DNA of 64,000 nucleotides from NCBI GenBank assembly GCA_028286725.1, contig JAQBQZ010000013.1:15216-79215 (forward strand), written 5' to 3'. Positions 1 through 9,188 of this stretch are shown here, piece by piece (the stretch's first letter is position 1; each line of letters starts with the position of its first letter). Below the pieces are notes generated by a model. The model was not told the DNA's origin. It did no database searches and worked only from the letters and a program-made list of their open reading frames with translations. Position numbers and translations under genes: made by a program. Source of the stretch: Candidatus Tayloriibacteriota bacterium. GTDB lineage: Bacteria > Patescibacteriota > Minisyncoccia > Phycocordibacterales > CAIRYW01.

Positions 1-4
1 CGCG

Positions 5-328
5 GTGGTCCAGGAAATACACTGTGGAGCTTCATGCTCAGTGAGTTTGCAGGTTGTCTTAAATGAAGGAAATGTGAGTGCCAAACTCGTTAAAGATAAA
101 AATTATCCTGATACATTTTCACCGGCATACGTTGCATCATCTGCCATTAAATCAGAAGTAACAAGTGTATCAATTAAAAACGGAATCATTTCCCTTACAG
201 GAAAAGGGTTGGCCTGTACAACACCTAGTTTAGAAGAAGCCTGTACTGAAGAAAAATGGAATGTAATCAAAACAGCAACTTATAAATTTGATGGATCGAA
301 TATAGTACAGCTTTCTGTTAAACCATAG
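5..328 (+). CDS. 3-prime end of a gene cut by the window edge; hypothetical Cys-containing secreted/pilin-like C-terminal domain
   Basis: ORF is open to the window start; no family recognised. Confidence 0.3.
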   Translation: MVQEIHCGASCSVSLQVVLNEGNVSAKLVKDKNYPDTFSPAYVASSAIKSEVTSVSIKNGIISLTGKGLACTTPSLEEACTEEKWNVIKTATYKFDGSNIVQLSVKP

Positions 329-478
329 AATAGAGACTTCAATTAGATCCTAAATTACTATAGGTCTCAATAAGCGTACTCGCGGCCCAACGGGCCACAC
401 TTATGTGTGGACCAGCCAAGAAGTTTGATGTAGTCAAATCACTACTCAAACTTTCTAAATTAAGCTACTATTGAGTAT

Positions 479-1012
479 ATGAAAACAAAACATCTGCCCC
501 TAATTATTGGAATTTCGCTGCCTGTCATATTTATCATCATCATTTCAGTCGTCGTCTTTACACCCTCACTTTACATAAAGCCGCAACACAACTTCCTGTA
601 TTCTACAGATGATAATAATTATGGATATAGTGCCACCTACAAAAACACCTATATTGCGGAGAACAATCAGCTTTCTATTCATGCTTTACCTGTACAACTT
701 AACGGTAATTATGCTTACAAAGAAGATTCGCCAACATTATATTTGTATGATGTTAAAACTAATTCATCACATCAAATTACTTTCGATGAGGCAAAAAAAT
801 ATACTATTGATTCAGGGCCATCTTCTCAAGATGGATATACGGTAAAATATGAATACAACAACGACGGTATTTTCGGCTTGTTTGGTTCAGGTCACGATGG
901 CAGTGGTTATTTTATAGAAAAGGGCAATGGTAGGAGGGAATTAACTGGACTTACTAGCAGTGATCGATATTATTATCAAGGAAACTTTAACCTAATAGGT
1001 TGGATAAAATAA
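479..1012 (+). CDS. hypothetical secreted protein with N-terminal TM/signal anchor
   Basis: Hydrophobic N-terminus followed by a Tyr/Asn/Gly-rich ectodomain. Confidence 0.45.
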   Translation: MKTKHLPLIIGISLPVIFIIIISVVVFTPSLYIKPQHNFLYSTDDNNYGYSATYKNTYIAENNQLSIHALPVQLNGNYAYKEDSPTLYLYDVKTNSSHQITFDEAKKYTIDSGPSSQDGYTVKYEYNNDGIFGLFGSGHDGSGYFIEKGNGRRELTGLTSSDRYYYQGNFNLIGWIK

Positions 1013-1016
1013 CTTT

Positions 1017-2033
1017 ATGGATAAACAGCAAATAATTACTTTTATTGCAGAGCAGATAGCAACAGGAAAAATTTCCAAGAGTGATCTTGTAACTCTCTGG
1101 GGTGAGGATTCAAATGTGGCTCAGCAAATTTCCTCAACAATACAACCAATTAACCCTGTCGTGGATAAAGAGGAATCATCTAATAACCTCATTAATACTT
1201 TTTATGGCATAGGTGCCATTATTGCAATCCTCGGAGTCAGTATTCTTGTGGCTCAGCATTGGGATGAGATTGGTTTTTTTGGCAGGATACTTGTGACTCT
1301 TGGAATTTCCCTTGTCGCGTACGTTGTTGCACTACTAATGAATAACCCACAACAGAAAATGATTTCTCAGGCTATGTTTACTATTGCGGCTGCTCTAGCC
1401 CCACTTGGAACATTTGTTTTGTTAAACGAGGCAAATATTAGTTTTGACTGGTCTACTCAAATTATTACTTCTTTAATATTGATGCTTATATTTGGGACAG
1501 CACTATTTATAAGCAAGAAAAATATTCTTGTGTTGATCACTGTTGGTTTTGCAACGTGGGCATATTACGCAGGAATCATGAAAATCTTCGGCTTTGATTA
1601 TTACAATAATGATTTTCTGAAATGGGCTAGTATGCTTCTTGGGGCATCGTATATTTCAATTGCATATGGATACCAATCTATTTCTCAGGCAATTGATACA
1701 GGTGACCTAAAAGAAAAAAAAGCAATTCAAAATATACTTTATGGTTTTGGTACGCTTGCTATCCTGGGTGCGGGAATTTTTGTAGGAGGAGGCTTTGATG
1801 TGTTCTATATTGCGCTTATCTTCGGTGCATTTTATGGAAGTGTATATGTAAAGAGTCGATCGATGCTTACTTTGGGTGCGTTCTTTCTCATGGCTCATAT
1901 CATTAAACTAACATCAAAATACTTTGTTAGTTCTATAGGTTGGCCAGTGGCACTTATACTTGTAGGGTTCTTGGTGATAGGTGTTGGATATTTAACTTTC
2001 TATCTCAATAGAAAATTCATCACTTTAAAGTAA
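1017..2033 (+). CDS. hypothetical polytopic membrane protein
   Basis: Multiple hydrophobic helices; tightly packed after the previous gene. Confidence 0.5.
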   Translation: MDKQQIITFIAEQIATGKISKSDLVTLWGEDSNVAQQISSTIQPINPVVDKEESSNNLINTFYGIGAIIAILGVSILVAQHWDEIGFFGRILVTLGISLVAYVVALLMNNPQQKMISQAMFTIAAALAPLGTFVLLNEANISFDWSTQIITSLILMLIFGTALFISKKNILVLITVGFATWAYYAGIMKIFGFDYYNNDFLKWASMLLGASYISIAYGYQSISQAIDTGDLKEKKAIQNILYGFGTLAILGAGIFVGGGFDVFYIALIFGAFYGSVYVKSRSMLTLGAFFLMAHIIKLTSKYFVSSIGWPVALILVGFLVIGVGYLTFYLNRKFITLK

Positions 2034-2037
2034 CCCT

Positions 2038-2565
2038 ATGGTATTTCCAGGTCATATTGCAGCAGGGTATTTAACAGCTCTTGGAGTCGTGACATTTTCA
2101 GGTATCGCACTTAGTCCAAACGAGCAAGCGCTTCTTCTCACTCTCGGTGCACTTTTAGGTGATGGGCCAGACGTGGATCTGTTTTATAGTTTCTTCAAAA
2201 AGAAAACGACAAATGTTGGAGCTTTGAAAGGGCATCGAGATCACATAACTCATATGCCACTTCTGTGGCTACTTATTGGTCTTTTTGTTTTTATACTTAC
2301 GGTTTCTAACTTCGGTAAAGTATTAGGAATTCTTCTTTGGCTTTGTCCTTGGAGTCATCTTCTTTGTGACTCATTGTTTTCGGATGTTGGGGTAGCGTGG
2401 CTTAGACCTTTTTCAAATAAAGGGTTTACATTGTTTAAGCGACCTGAGACTTTCCCGGCAAATTGGAAAGATTTGTTCCTAACACTTTTAAAGAATCCTC
2501 TCTTTTATTTAGAGATTTTTATTGCTCTTGTTGCCTTCGTTATTATTTCCATTAGAAACTTTTAA
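2038..2565 (+). CDS. membrane-bound metal-dependent hydrolase-like protein (DUF457/YdjM-like)
   Basis: HRDHITHMP His cluster within TM helices. Confidence 0.4.
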   Translation: MVFPGHIAAGYLTALGVVTFSGIALSPNEQALLLTLGALLGDGPDVDLFYSFFKKKTTNVGALKGHRDHITHMPLLWLLIGLFVFILTVSNFGKVLGILLWLCPWSHLLCDSLFSDVGVAWLRPFSNKGFTLFKRPETFPANWKDLFLTLLKNPLFYLEIFIALVAFVIISIRNF

Positions 2566-2571
2566 CTCCTT

Positions 2572-3210
2572 ATGAATTTTGATTCTCTTGGTCTCACTAA
2601 ATCAGAACTCGCCATTCTTCGTCGTCTGAATACTCCAATAAAGATCCAGAACTTCATTGATGATATTCCAACTAACTTTGAATTAGATGGGGAGACGAAC
2701 AAATCTCCTCGAAGAACACTCCGAGAAAACAAAGCGCATTGTCTTGAAGGAGCATTACTCGCAGCACTAGCGCTTTGGATAAATGGGCACAAGCCGCTCA
2801 TTATGGATATGAAATCAACGGACAATGATGTTGATCATGTGATTGCGCCATTTAAGATAAATGGATATTGGGGATGCGTGAGCAAGACCAATCATGCAAC
2901 AATCCGGTATCGTGATCCTGTATACAAAACTATCCGTGAACTTGCGATGTCATATTTTCACGAGTGGTTTATGGATGTTGATGGGACAAAGACACTTCGA
3001 AGTTTTTCAGAACCATACGATCTTCGTAAATTCAAAAAGAATTGGATCACAGAAGAAAAAGATCTTTGGGAAATATCAGAACTCCTCGATAGCTTGAAAC
3101 ATTTTAAAGTTGCCCCGGAGAAGAATATTAAAATGGTTCGCGTTGCTGATGCGATGGAGAGAAAAGCGGGGAAGATCCAGGAGTGGGGCAGAGATGGCAA
3201 GCGTCTTTAA
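2572..3210 (+). CDS. hypothetical protein with a possible Cys/His hydrolase-like core
   Basis: 212-aa ORF with AHCLEGA and DHVIAPF segments; family not recognised. Confidence 0.4.
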   Translation: MNFDSLGLTKSELAILRRLNTPIKIQNFIDDIPTNFELDGETNKSPRRTLRENKAHCLEGALLAALALWINGHKPLIMDMKSTDNDVDHVIAPFKINGYWGCVSKTNHATIRYRDPVYKTIRELAMSYFHEWFMDVDGTKTLRSFSEPYDLRKFKKNWITEEKDLWEISELLDSLKHFKVAPEKNIKMVRVADAMERKAGKIQEWGRDGKRL

Positions 3211-3256
3211 AAGGATTGAATTAATCAGATTTTCTGATATAGTATCCAAATATAGA

Positions 3257-3329
3257 GGGCGATTAGCTCAGTTGGTAGAGCAATTCATTTACACTGAAAA
3301 GGTCACAGGTTCGAGTCCTGTATCGCCCA
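3257..3329 (+). tRNA. tRNA-Val (anticodon TAC)
   Basis: Cloverleaf folds cleanly. Acceptor GGGCGAT/ATCGCCC, D-arm GCTC AGTTGGTA GAGC, anticodon stem with loop TTTACAC, T-arm ACAGG TTCGAGT CCTGT, discriminator A. No encoded CCA. Confidence 0.85.
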
Positions 3330-3382
3330 CAAAAATACAAAAAACACTTAGAATATCTAAGTGTTTTTTGTATTTTTGTGGG
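3326..3382. terminator. perfect palindrome with 26-bp arms directly abutting tRNA-Val; terminator-like
   Basis: cccacaaaaatacaaaaaacacttag / ctaagtgttttttgtatttttgtggg around a 6-nt centre. The left arm begins with the tRNA CCCA end. Confidence 0.6.
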
Positions 3383-3424
3383 CGATAGCAAGTGCGGGGC
3401 ACTTGCGTACAGGACTCGAAAACC
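3383..3424. repeat. inverted partial copy of the tRNA-Val 3-prime half, interrupted by a 20-nt hairpin
   Basis: gggcgata [gcaagtgcggggcacttgcg] tacaggactcgaa is the reverse complement of ttcgagtcctgtatcgccc with a hairpin inserted. Confidence 0.55.
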
Positions 3425-3556
3425 TTTTGAGCCTAAAATTGATTTCAAGAAAATTTTAGCCAAAAGGTGTACTGCGACTGTAAGTCGAGAGTTCCTGGTA
3501 CAGGACTCAAACATAAAAAAACTGGGCTTGATTGTTCATCAGCCCAGTATAATAGT

Positions 3557-4039
3557 TCATTTAAAAACAACCTCAAACCAAAATATCGCGGTCCATTCGA
3601 TTGGAGTGGTCAGATCTTTTGCTTCAAATCTTTGTTCTGTGAAATTTGGTATGTAGTTGGATCTACCCTCAAAACATCTGATTCTCAAAATCTCACCATT
3701 TGGTTTGTAACGAACATTTCTGACGAGGTAGACACTTCCATAACGCACCGCTTCTTCTGCAACCTTTCTCGCTAAACTTTCATCTGTAATGTATCGGATC
3801 CTTGCAGCTCCCGCTAAGCTTTTTCTTAGCAATTTAAGATGATTCGATGAAGGTGGCAACCAATTAAGTGTGTAGCGATGGGTGGTGGGATTACCGGGGA
3901 GTAGGAGACAGTTTTCGAGCGGGACAAAAATCCTTCCCCCAATCTCGATTCGCGGTTTTCCGTCAGTTCTACCATGAAAAAAATTATTTGCTTCTAACAT
4001 AGATTCCTTTCTGTTGATTTTCTTTCGAAATATTGTCAC
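3557..4039 (-). CDS. hypothetical protein, convergent on tRNA-Val
   Basis: 160-aa ORF; family not recognised. Confidence 0.4.
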   Translation of the reverse strand: MTIFRKKINRKESMLEANNFFHGRTDGKPRIEIGGRIFVPLENCLLLPGNPTTHRYTLNWLPPSSNHLKLLRKSLAGAARIRYITDESLARKVAEEAVRYGSVYLVRNVRYKPNGEILRIRCFEGRSNYIPNFTEQRFEAKDLTTPIEWTAIFWFEVVFK

Positions 4040-4168
4040 TACTCCCTTGCATAGTCAATCTAATTTTGAATAATAAAACATAATTTATATATTTATCCTT
4101 ATTTAATATGTCTTAAATACTGTTGAAATTATTTTGACAACAAACTCTATTTTTGCTACTTTAGAATC

Positions 4169-4936
4169 ATGATCGAACAAAAACTCAAGCAAATAGGATT
4201 GTCGGATAAGGAAATATCAGTGTTTCTTTGTGTTTTGCAGTACCAAAAAATCACTCCTGCCAAGGTATCAATGATTACAAAAATAAACAGGCCAACTGTT
4301 TATAGTGTTTCAAAAGAACTTTCTTTCAAAGGATTGATTGATTTTGATGAAGCCGGATCTTCAAAGTATCTCGTATCTCTTGGTGAGGGAGCTCTCGAGA
4401 ACATCACAAAGCTACAGGAGGCGAAGATTGTGCAAATCAAAAAGGACTTGCCAACAATTGTAAAAGAACTTAAACAATTACCAAAGCAGGGTAAGTATTC
4501 GATTCCAAAAATTCGTTTTGTTGATGAATCTCGACTAAGAGAATTTCTGATCAGTGAATCTTCTAAATGGGCGGACAGTGCGGAGGCTCATGATAAAACA
4601 TGGTGGGGCTATCAGGATCACACATTGCTTGAACACTACGAGGACTGGGCAGATCACTTTTGGACAAAATTTCCAAAGGATATAGTTTTAAATCTATTGA
4701 CAAATAAAAAACCTGTTGAGACAAAGGTTATGAAGAGTAAAAAATATAAATCTCTACGAAATATTCGTTATTGGAAAGGTGTTAATGAATTCACTTCTAC
4801 ACATGTAGTGGTGGGGGATTATGTGCTTATGATTGTGACAAGGGAACATCCTCATTATCTTGTGGAGATTTATGACAAAATGATGGCAGAAAATTTACGA
4901 AACTTGTTTAAAGGCATCTGGGAACAGATATCTTAA
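4169..4936 (+). CDS. TrmB-family transcriptional regulator (winged-HTH N-terminus)
   Basis: N-terminal LSDKEISVF...ITPAKVSMITKINRPTVYSVSKEL resembles a TrmB HTH. Confidence 0.5.
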   Translation: MIEQKLKQIGLSDKEISVFLCVLQYQKITPAKVSMITKINRPTVYSVSKELSFKGLIDFDEAGSSKYLVSLGEGALENITKLQEAKIVQIKKDLPTIVKELKQLPKQGKYSIPKIRFVDESRLREFLISESSKWADSAEAHDKTWWGYQDHTLLEHYEDWADHFWTKFPKDIVLNLLTNKKPVETKVMKSKKYKSLRNIRYWKGVNEFTSTHVVVGDYVLMIVTREHPHYLVEIYDKMMAENLRNLFKGIWEQIS

Positions 4937-4958
4937 TCCGTGTTATAATACTCATATT

Positions 4959-5882
4959 ATGATTACAGCATCAATTCTGACCATCTTTGGTCTCGCATTA
5001 TTCGAAATCATTTCAAGTGCCGACAACGCCATTGTTAACGCGGAGGTCCTCGAAACTATGTCTCCAAAGGGAAGAAGGTGGTTTCTTATTTATGGAATAC
5101 TCTTTGCCGTTTTTGTTATTCGAGGACTTCTTCCTTGGGTTATTATTTATGCGACAAATCCACAGCTCGGATTTATTGGTGCACTCACTGCAACATTCTC
5201 TAATGATCCAATAGTCGCAGAATCTATCCATCAATCAGCGCCGATCCTTATGGCGGGAGGTGGAGTATTTCTTGTTTTTCTTTTCTTTCACTGGCTTTTT
5301 CTTGAGAAAAAAACATATGGACTTGTAGGTGAAGCATTCTTTCATCGCCAAGGAGTTTGGTTCTTTGCTGTTGTATCAGCAATACTTGCAGCTGTCGTAT
5401 GGGAGGCTCTCAAAGTTGATCCCATGATGGCATTTGGCGCTGTTGTTGGTTCGACTGCATTTTTTATCACTCATGGATTCAAAGAGAATGCAGAAAAGGC
5501 GGAAAAAGATCTCCTTCATGGAGCATCAAATAAATCTGACTTGAGTAAGATCCTTTATCTCGAAGTTATCGATGCAACGTTTTCTATCGATGGTGTCCTT
5601 GGTGCATTCGCATTTACACTTTCTGTGCCACTCATTCTTATCGGTAATGGTATTGGCGCACTTGTACTTCGAAAGCTTACTATTTCAAATGTTGAGAATG
5701 TAAAGAAATATATATTCCTCAAAAACGGTGCGATGTACTCGATATTTTTCTTGGGAGTAATCATGCTCCTGCACGCATTCCACTACGATCTTCCTGAATG
5801 GGTTTCTCCTGTTGTGACTTTTGCTACTGTTGGATATTTCTTCCTCAAATCTCATTATCATCTCAAGGCACAAAACATTTAA
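4959..5882 (+). CDS. TerC/DUF475-family integral membrane protein
   Basis: SADNAIV motif near the N-terminus; multiple TM helices. Confidence 0.5.
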   Translation: MITASILTIFGLALFEIISSADNAIVNAEVLETMSPKGRRWFLIYGILFAVFVIRGLLPWVIIYATNPQLGFIGALTATFSNDPIVAESIHQSAPILMAGGGVFLVFLFFHWLFLEKKTYGLVGEAFFHRQGVWFFAVVSAILAAVVWEALKVDPMMAFGAVVGSTAFFITHGFKENAEKAEKDLLHGASNKSDLSKILYLEVIDATFSIDGVLGAFAFTLSVPLILIGNGIGALVLRKLTISNVENVKKYIFLKNGAMYSIFFLGVIMLLHAFHYDLPEWVSPVVTFATVGYFFLKSHYHLKAQNI

Positions 5883-5883
5883 G

Positions 5884-6609
5884 GTGAAAGATATTAAAAT
5901 TCTCTTCGAAGACAATGATATTGTAGCGTTGAACAAGCCTGCGGGTATTGTTGTTCACGGTGATGGCAAGATGAAAGACAAAACAATCTCTGATTGGGTA
6001 GTCAAAAAATATCCTGAAACAAAAGATGTAGGGGAGTCTATTGAGCTTGAAAGTGGAGAGATGATAGACCGACATGGGATTGTACATAGACTCGACAAAG
6101 ATACTTCGGGTGTGCTTTTGATTGCAAAAACTCAAGAGGGATATCTGCATCTCAAAGCACAATTCAAAGAACGAAAGATCAAAAAAACTTACAACGCATT
6201 TATTTATGGAAAGATGAAAGACGAGAGAGGAATTATCAATCGTCCGATCGGACGAGCGACAGGTAGTGTGCGCAAGTGGGCAACAGGCAACAAGACTCGA
6301 GGAGAGCTTCGAGAGGCTGTCACGAAGTTTAAGGTGGTGCAGAATGCGATGCCAGCGTCTCTCTTGGAGCTTTGGCCTCAGACTGGGCGAACACATCAGA
6401 TCCGTGTGCATATGCAGGCCCTGGGGCATCCAGTGGTCGCTGACTCTCTCTATGCTCCGAGTCGTGAAGCGGTGTATGGATTCAAAAGACTTGCACTTCA
6501 CGCGAGAAGACTGATATTTAATGATCTAAAAGGCGGTCTCATTGAGGTGGAGGCACCTTTTCCAAGTGACTTCAAAGACGCTATGGAGGAGATCGGGATC
6601 AAGATATAG
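5884..6609 (+). CDS. RluA-family pseudouridine synthase
   Basis: ALNKPAGIVVHG and HRLDKDTSGVLL (catalytic Asp motif). GTG start at 5884 assumed; the ORF is open from 5821. Confidence 0.7.
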   Translation: MKDIKILFEDNDIVALNKPAGIVVHGDGKMKDKTISDWVVKKYPETKDVGESIELESGEMIDRHGIVHRLDKDTSGVLLIAKTQEGYLHLKAQFKERKIKKTYNAFIYGKMKDERGIINRPIGRATGSVRKWATGNKTRGELREAVTKFKVVQNAMPASLLELWPQTGRTHQIRVHMQALGHPVVADSLYAPSREAVYGFKRLALHARRLIFNDLKGGLIEVEAPFPSDFKDAMEEIGIKI

Positions 6610-6668
6610 GCATTGCACTTGGTCAAAAACTATGATAAAGTCTCTAAATCAATTTAAGTTAAATATAT

Positions 6669-7091
6669 ATGAAAGCGACTGCAAAAACAGCAAATGTAAA
6701 CATAGAAGAGCGACGAACACAGGATATCCGACCTGGAGATGTTGTTAAAGTACACCAGAAAATTCAAGAAAAAGGTAAAACTCGAATCCAGATCTTCGAA
6801 GGTATGGTTCTTGCACGAAAGCATGGTGTAGAAGCAGGCGCTACTATCACTGTACGACGAGTTGCTAACGGATACGGAGTAGAAAAGATCTATCCTATGT
6901 ACTCACCACTTATCGAAAAGATCGAGGTTGTTAGACGAGCAAAGGTTCGAAAGGCAAAGCTCTACTATGTTCGAGACAAAGCTCAGAAAGAACTTTCAAA
7001 GCGAATGCGAGCAGAGATGATGCGAAAAGATGAAACTCCTGCAGAAGAAGTTGTGTCAGCTGATACAAACCATAACGAGTCCTCAAATTAA
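6669..7091 (+). CDS. rplS: 50S ribosomal protein L19 with a C-terminal extension
   Basis: [32 protein letters not shown] is the L19 signature. Confidence 0.85.
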   Translation: MKATAKTANVNIEERRTQDIRPGDVVKVHQKIQEKGKTRIQIFEGMVLARKHGVEAGATITVRRVANGYGVEKIYPMYSPLIEKIEVVRRAKVRKAKLYYVRDKAQKELSKRMRAEMMRKDETPAEEVVSADTNHNESSN

Positions 7092-7130
7092 GGATTCGTA
7101 TTTGGTATTTTCTAAAATTTCAAAATAATA

Positions 7131-7168
7131 AAAACGAGTCCTCAATCCGGGGGCTCGTTTTTTATTTG
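7131..7168 (+). terminator. rho-independent terminator after rplS
   Basis: GC hairpin (acgagtcc...gggggctcgt) followed by a T-run. Confidence 0.5.
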
Positions 7169-7224
7169 TCTGAACAAATAAAAAAGCTCGTTAAACTCAA
7201 ATAAAAAAATACGTTAAACACATT

Positions 7225-7656
7225 ATGAAAATATTAAAACCTGACTTTGCAAAACGCGGCGGTGTAATTCCTGTTATCGTACAGGATGTAAATTCTGGTA
7301 TTGTGCTCATGCTTGCATACACAAACGAAGAATGTTTTCTGGAGACGATTGCGTCGGGGGATGCGGTCTATTATTCAACCTCAAGACAAGAGCGTTGGAA
7401 AAAAGGTGAAACGAGTGGAAATACTCAGCGAGTTCGCTATATGTACATTGATTGTGACAATGATGCACTCATCTATAAGGTGGAACAAAAAGGTGAGGGT
7501 GCATGCCATACTGGAGCGCTGAGTTGCTTCTTTAGAACCATTGGTGGCAATAAAGGGTATTCAGGCGGTCCAATTATGAAGTATGATGAAAGCTCGTTTT
7601 TTCAAATGCCGGTTGTGAGAATTGGCTGGCTTGTTGTAGATCAGATGTCGGTTTGA
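7225..7656 (+). CDS. hisI: phosphoribosyl-AMP cyclohydrolase-like protein (HisI family)
   Basis: IPVIVQD...VLMLAYTNEE...ETSGNTQRV...IDCDNDALIYKVEQKGEGACHTGALSCFF matches the HisI Cys/His core. Confidence 0.7.
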   Translation: MKILKPDFAKRGGVIPVIVQDVNSGIVLMLAYTNEECFLETIASGDAVYYSTSRQERWKKGETSGNTQRVRYMYIDCDNDALIYKVEQKGEGACHTGALSCFFRTIGGNKGYSGGPIMKYDESSFFQMPVVRIGWLVVDQMSV

Positions 7657-7687
7657 GATAAAAGGCACTCTATAGAAATATAGAGTG

Positions 7688-8623
7688 CTAATTTTTATAT
7701 ACGATCTTTGTTGTGTGTTTTACTAGTTTTTCAAATTTATCAAAAAAAGTAAGACAGATTATTGCGCAGATTATATTGAAGAGAAAATGTGCGTTCACTA
7801 TTTGCTGAGTCTCGTCTGTGCTTATGATTTGGAGGAGCGACATGAATGGGTCTATAAGTGGAATGAATATTGCAACTCCAATAATATTAAAAAGTACTTG
7901 AGCTATCGCCACTTTCTTTGCTTCAAAAGCGGCACTTGTGCTTGCAATGATAGCTGTAAATGGAGAACCAATATTTGAGCCAAGCATAAATCCGATTGCG
8001 GCCGGGAGAGTGATAAGTCCCTGAGCGCCGAGAATGATTATAACTCCAGTGAACACTGAACTTGATTGAAGTATCGCTGTGATGATCGCTCCTGCGACTA
8101 TTGCCTTGTATGGATTCGACATTGCGACAAGAATGTTTTGGAAATCGACATTATCTTTAAGCGGAGAAACTATATTTGAAATAATAAAGAGCGAAAGGAA
8201 TATGATTCCAAAATAAAAGATGGCTTTGCCGTATCTTTTGAATCGAGTTTTCGTGTGAGAAATAATAAATCCAGCGATCACAATGATTGGTGCAATATAT
8301 GTCATGTTGAGAGCGATGAGTTGGGCACTGATCGATGGGCCAATATTGGCACCAATCACCACACCGAGCGCGTTTCGTGATGTGATGATACTTGCGTTTA
8401 CGAGGCCTACGAGGATAACTGTGGTAGCGGTAGATGATTGAAGGATGGTTGTGATAAGTGTGCCACTCAATGTCCCTTTGATCGGCGTATTAGTCCAATT
8501 ATTTAAAATATTTTTAAGCTTATCGCCAGCAACTCGCTGAATTTGGTGGCTGAATTTTTGAACAGCAAAGAGAAATACGATAATGAGAGAGAAGACTGTT
8601 GTAATGATCGTGCTTGTATCCAT
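7688..8623 (-). CDS. Na/Pi cotransporter family membrane protein (NptA/YjbB-like)
   Basis: Duplicated QSSTATTVILVGL / QSSSVFTGVIIILG motifs. Confidence 0.55.
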   Translation of the reverse strand: MDTSTIITTVFSLIIVFLFAVQKFSHQIQRVAGDKLKNILNNWTNTPIKGTLSGTLITTILQSSTATTVILVGLVNASIITSRNALGVVIGANIGPSISAQLIALNMTYIAPIIVIAGFIISHTKTRFKRYGKAIFYFGIIFLSLFIISNIVSPLKDNVDFQNILVAMSNPYKAIVAGAIITAILQSSSVFTGVIIILGAQGLITLPAAIGFMLGSNIGSPFTAIIASTSAAFEAKKVAIAQVLFNIIGVAIFIPLIDPFMSLLQIISTDETQQIVNAHFLFNIICAIICLTFFDKFEKLVKHTTKIVYKN

Positions 8624-8702
8624 GTGTGTTTTTGTTCATATTATTGTATCAGAAAAACAAAAAGTTGAAATTATCTCAAATTTTAGTAGTATAGGCTCTA
8701 AT

Positions 8703-8786
8703 GCGCGGGTGGCGAAATTGGTAGACGCACTACCTTGAGGTGGTAGCGCCCGTAAGGGTATGGAAGTTCGAGTCTTCTCTCGCGCA
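8703..8786 (+). tRNA. tRNA-Leu (anticodon GAG), long variable arm
   Basis: Acceptor GCGCGGG/CTCGCGC with one G-U pair, 3-bp D stem, anticodon loop TTGAGGT, variable arm CGCCCGTAAGGGTAT, T-arm GGAAG TTCGAGT CTTCT, discriminator A. Confidence 0.8.
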
Positions 8787-8801
8787 CAAAACGGTATTTC
8801 A

Positions 8802-8827
8802 AAAAAGAGCCCTGCGGCTCTTTTTTG
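8802..8827 (+). terminator. terminator after tRNA-Leu
   Basis: aaaaaagagccctgcggctctttttt. Confidence 0.6.
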
Positions 8828-8956
8828 CGTTTTGTGCGAGCCGGAATATATGGCTTTGCCATAATGAGGCGGGGTCGCAAGTACTTAGTAGAATTCAAGC
8901 GAAGCGAAGAATTATACTTAGTAACTTGTGACCACAAAATATACAAAAAACTGTAA

Positions 8957-9005
8957 GTTTCGAGTTCTTCTCTATAAGACTGTGCCCGAGTCTTCTCTCG
9001 CGCAC
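8957..9005. repeat. two tandem partial direct copies of the tRNA-Leu 3-prime end
   Basis: ttcgagttcttctct ... ccgagtcttctctcgcgcac, against tRNA ttcgagtcttctctcgcgcac. Confidence 0.6.
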
Positions 9006-9188
9006 CCTTGTATTCTTTACCCATGTTGACCACAAACCTTCTCACTTTCCTGCATTTATGTCCCAATTTTCTCCCTCGCACCCCAACCTCTCCCTCCCTC
9101 GTATACTTATCCATAGGTCGCTGTATTACCAGGCTTAATTTTCTTTATATTCAAAATTTCAATTAATCTAACAAAATCAATAAAACTT

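Noticed and set aside
360-420. Small GC-rich patch with two adjacent hairpins (ggcccaacgggcc; cacacttatgtgtg) after the first partial gene
   Set aside because: There is no T-run and no recognisable ncRNA motif. It is possibly a weak terminator, but the evidence is too thin for a feature.
5863-6501. 212-aa minus-strand ORF
   Set aside because: It is antisense to the RluA-family pseudouridine synthase gene, which has the catalytic HRLDKDTSG motif on the plus strand.
8698-9114. 138-aa minus-strand ORF
   Set aside because: It runs straight through tRNA-Leu, its terminator and the tRNA 3-prime repeats. It is an open frame created by GC-rich tRNA sequence, not a gene.
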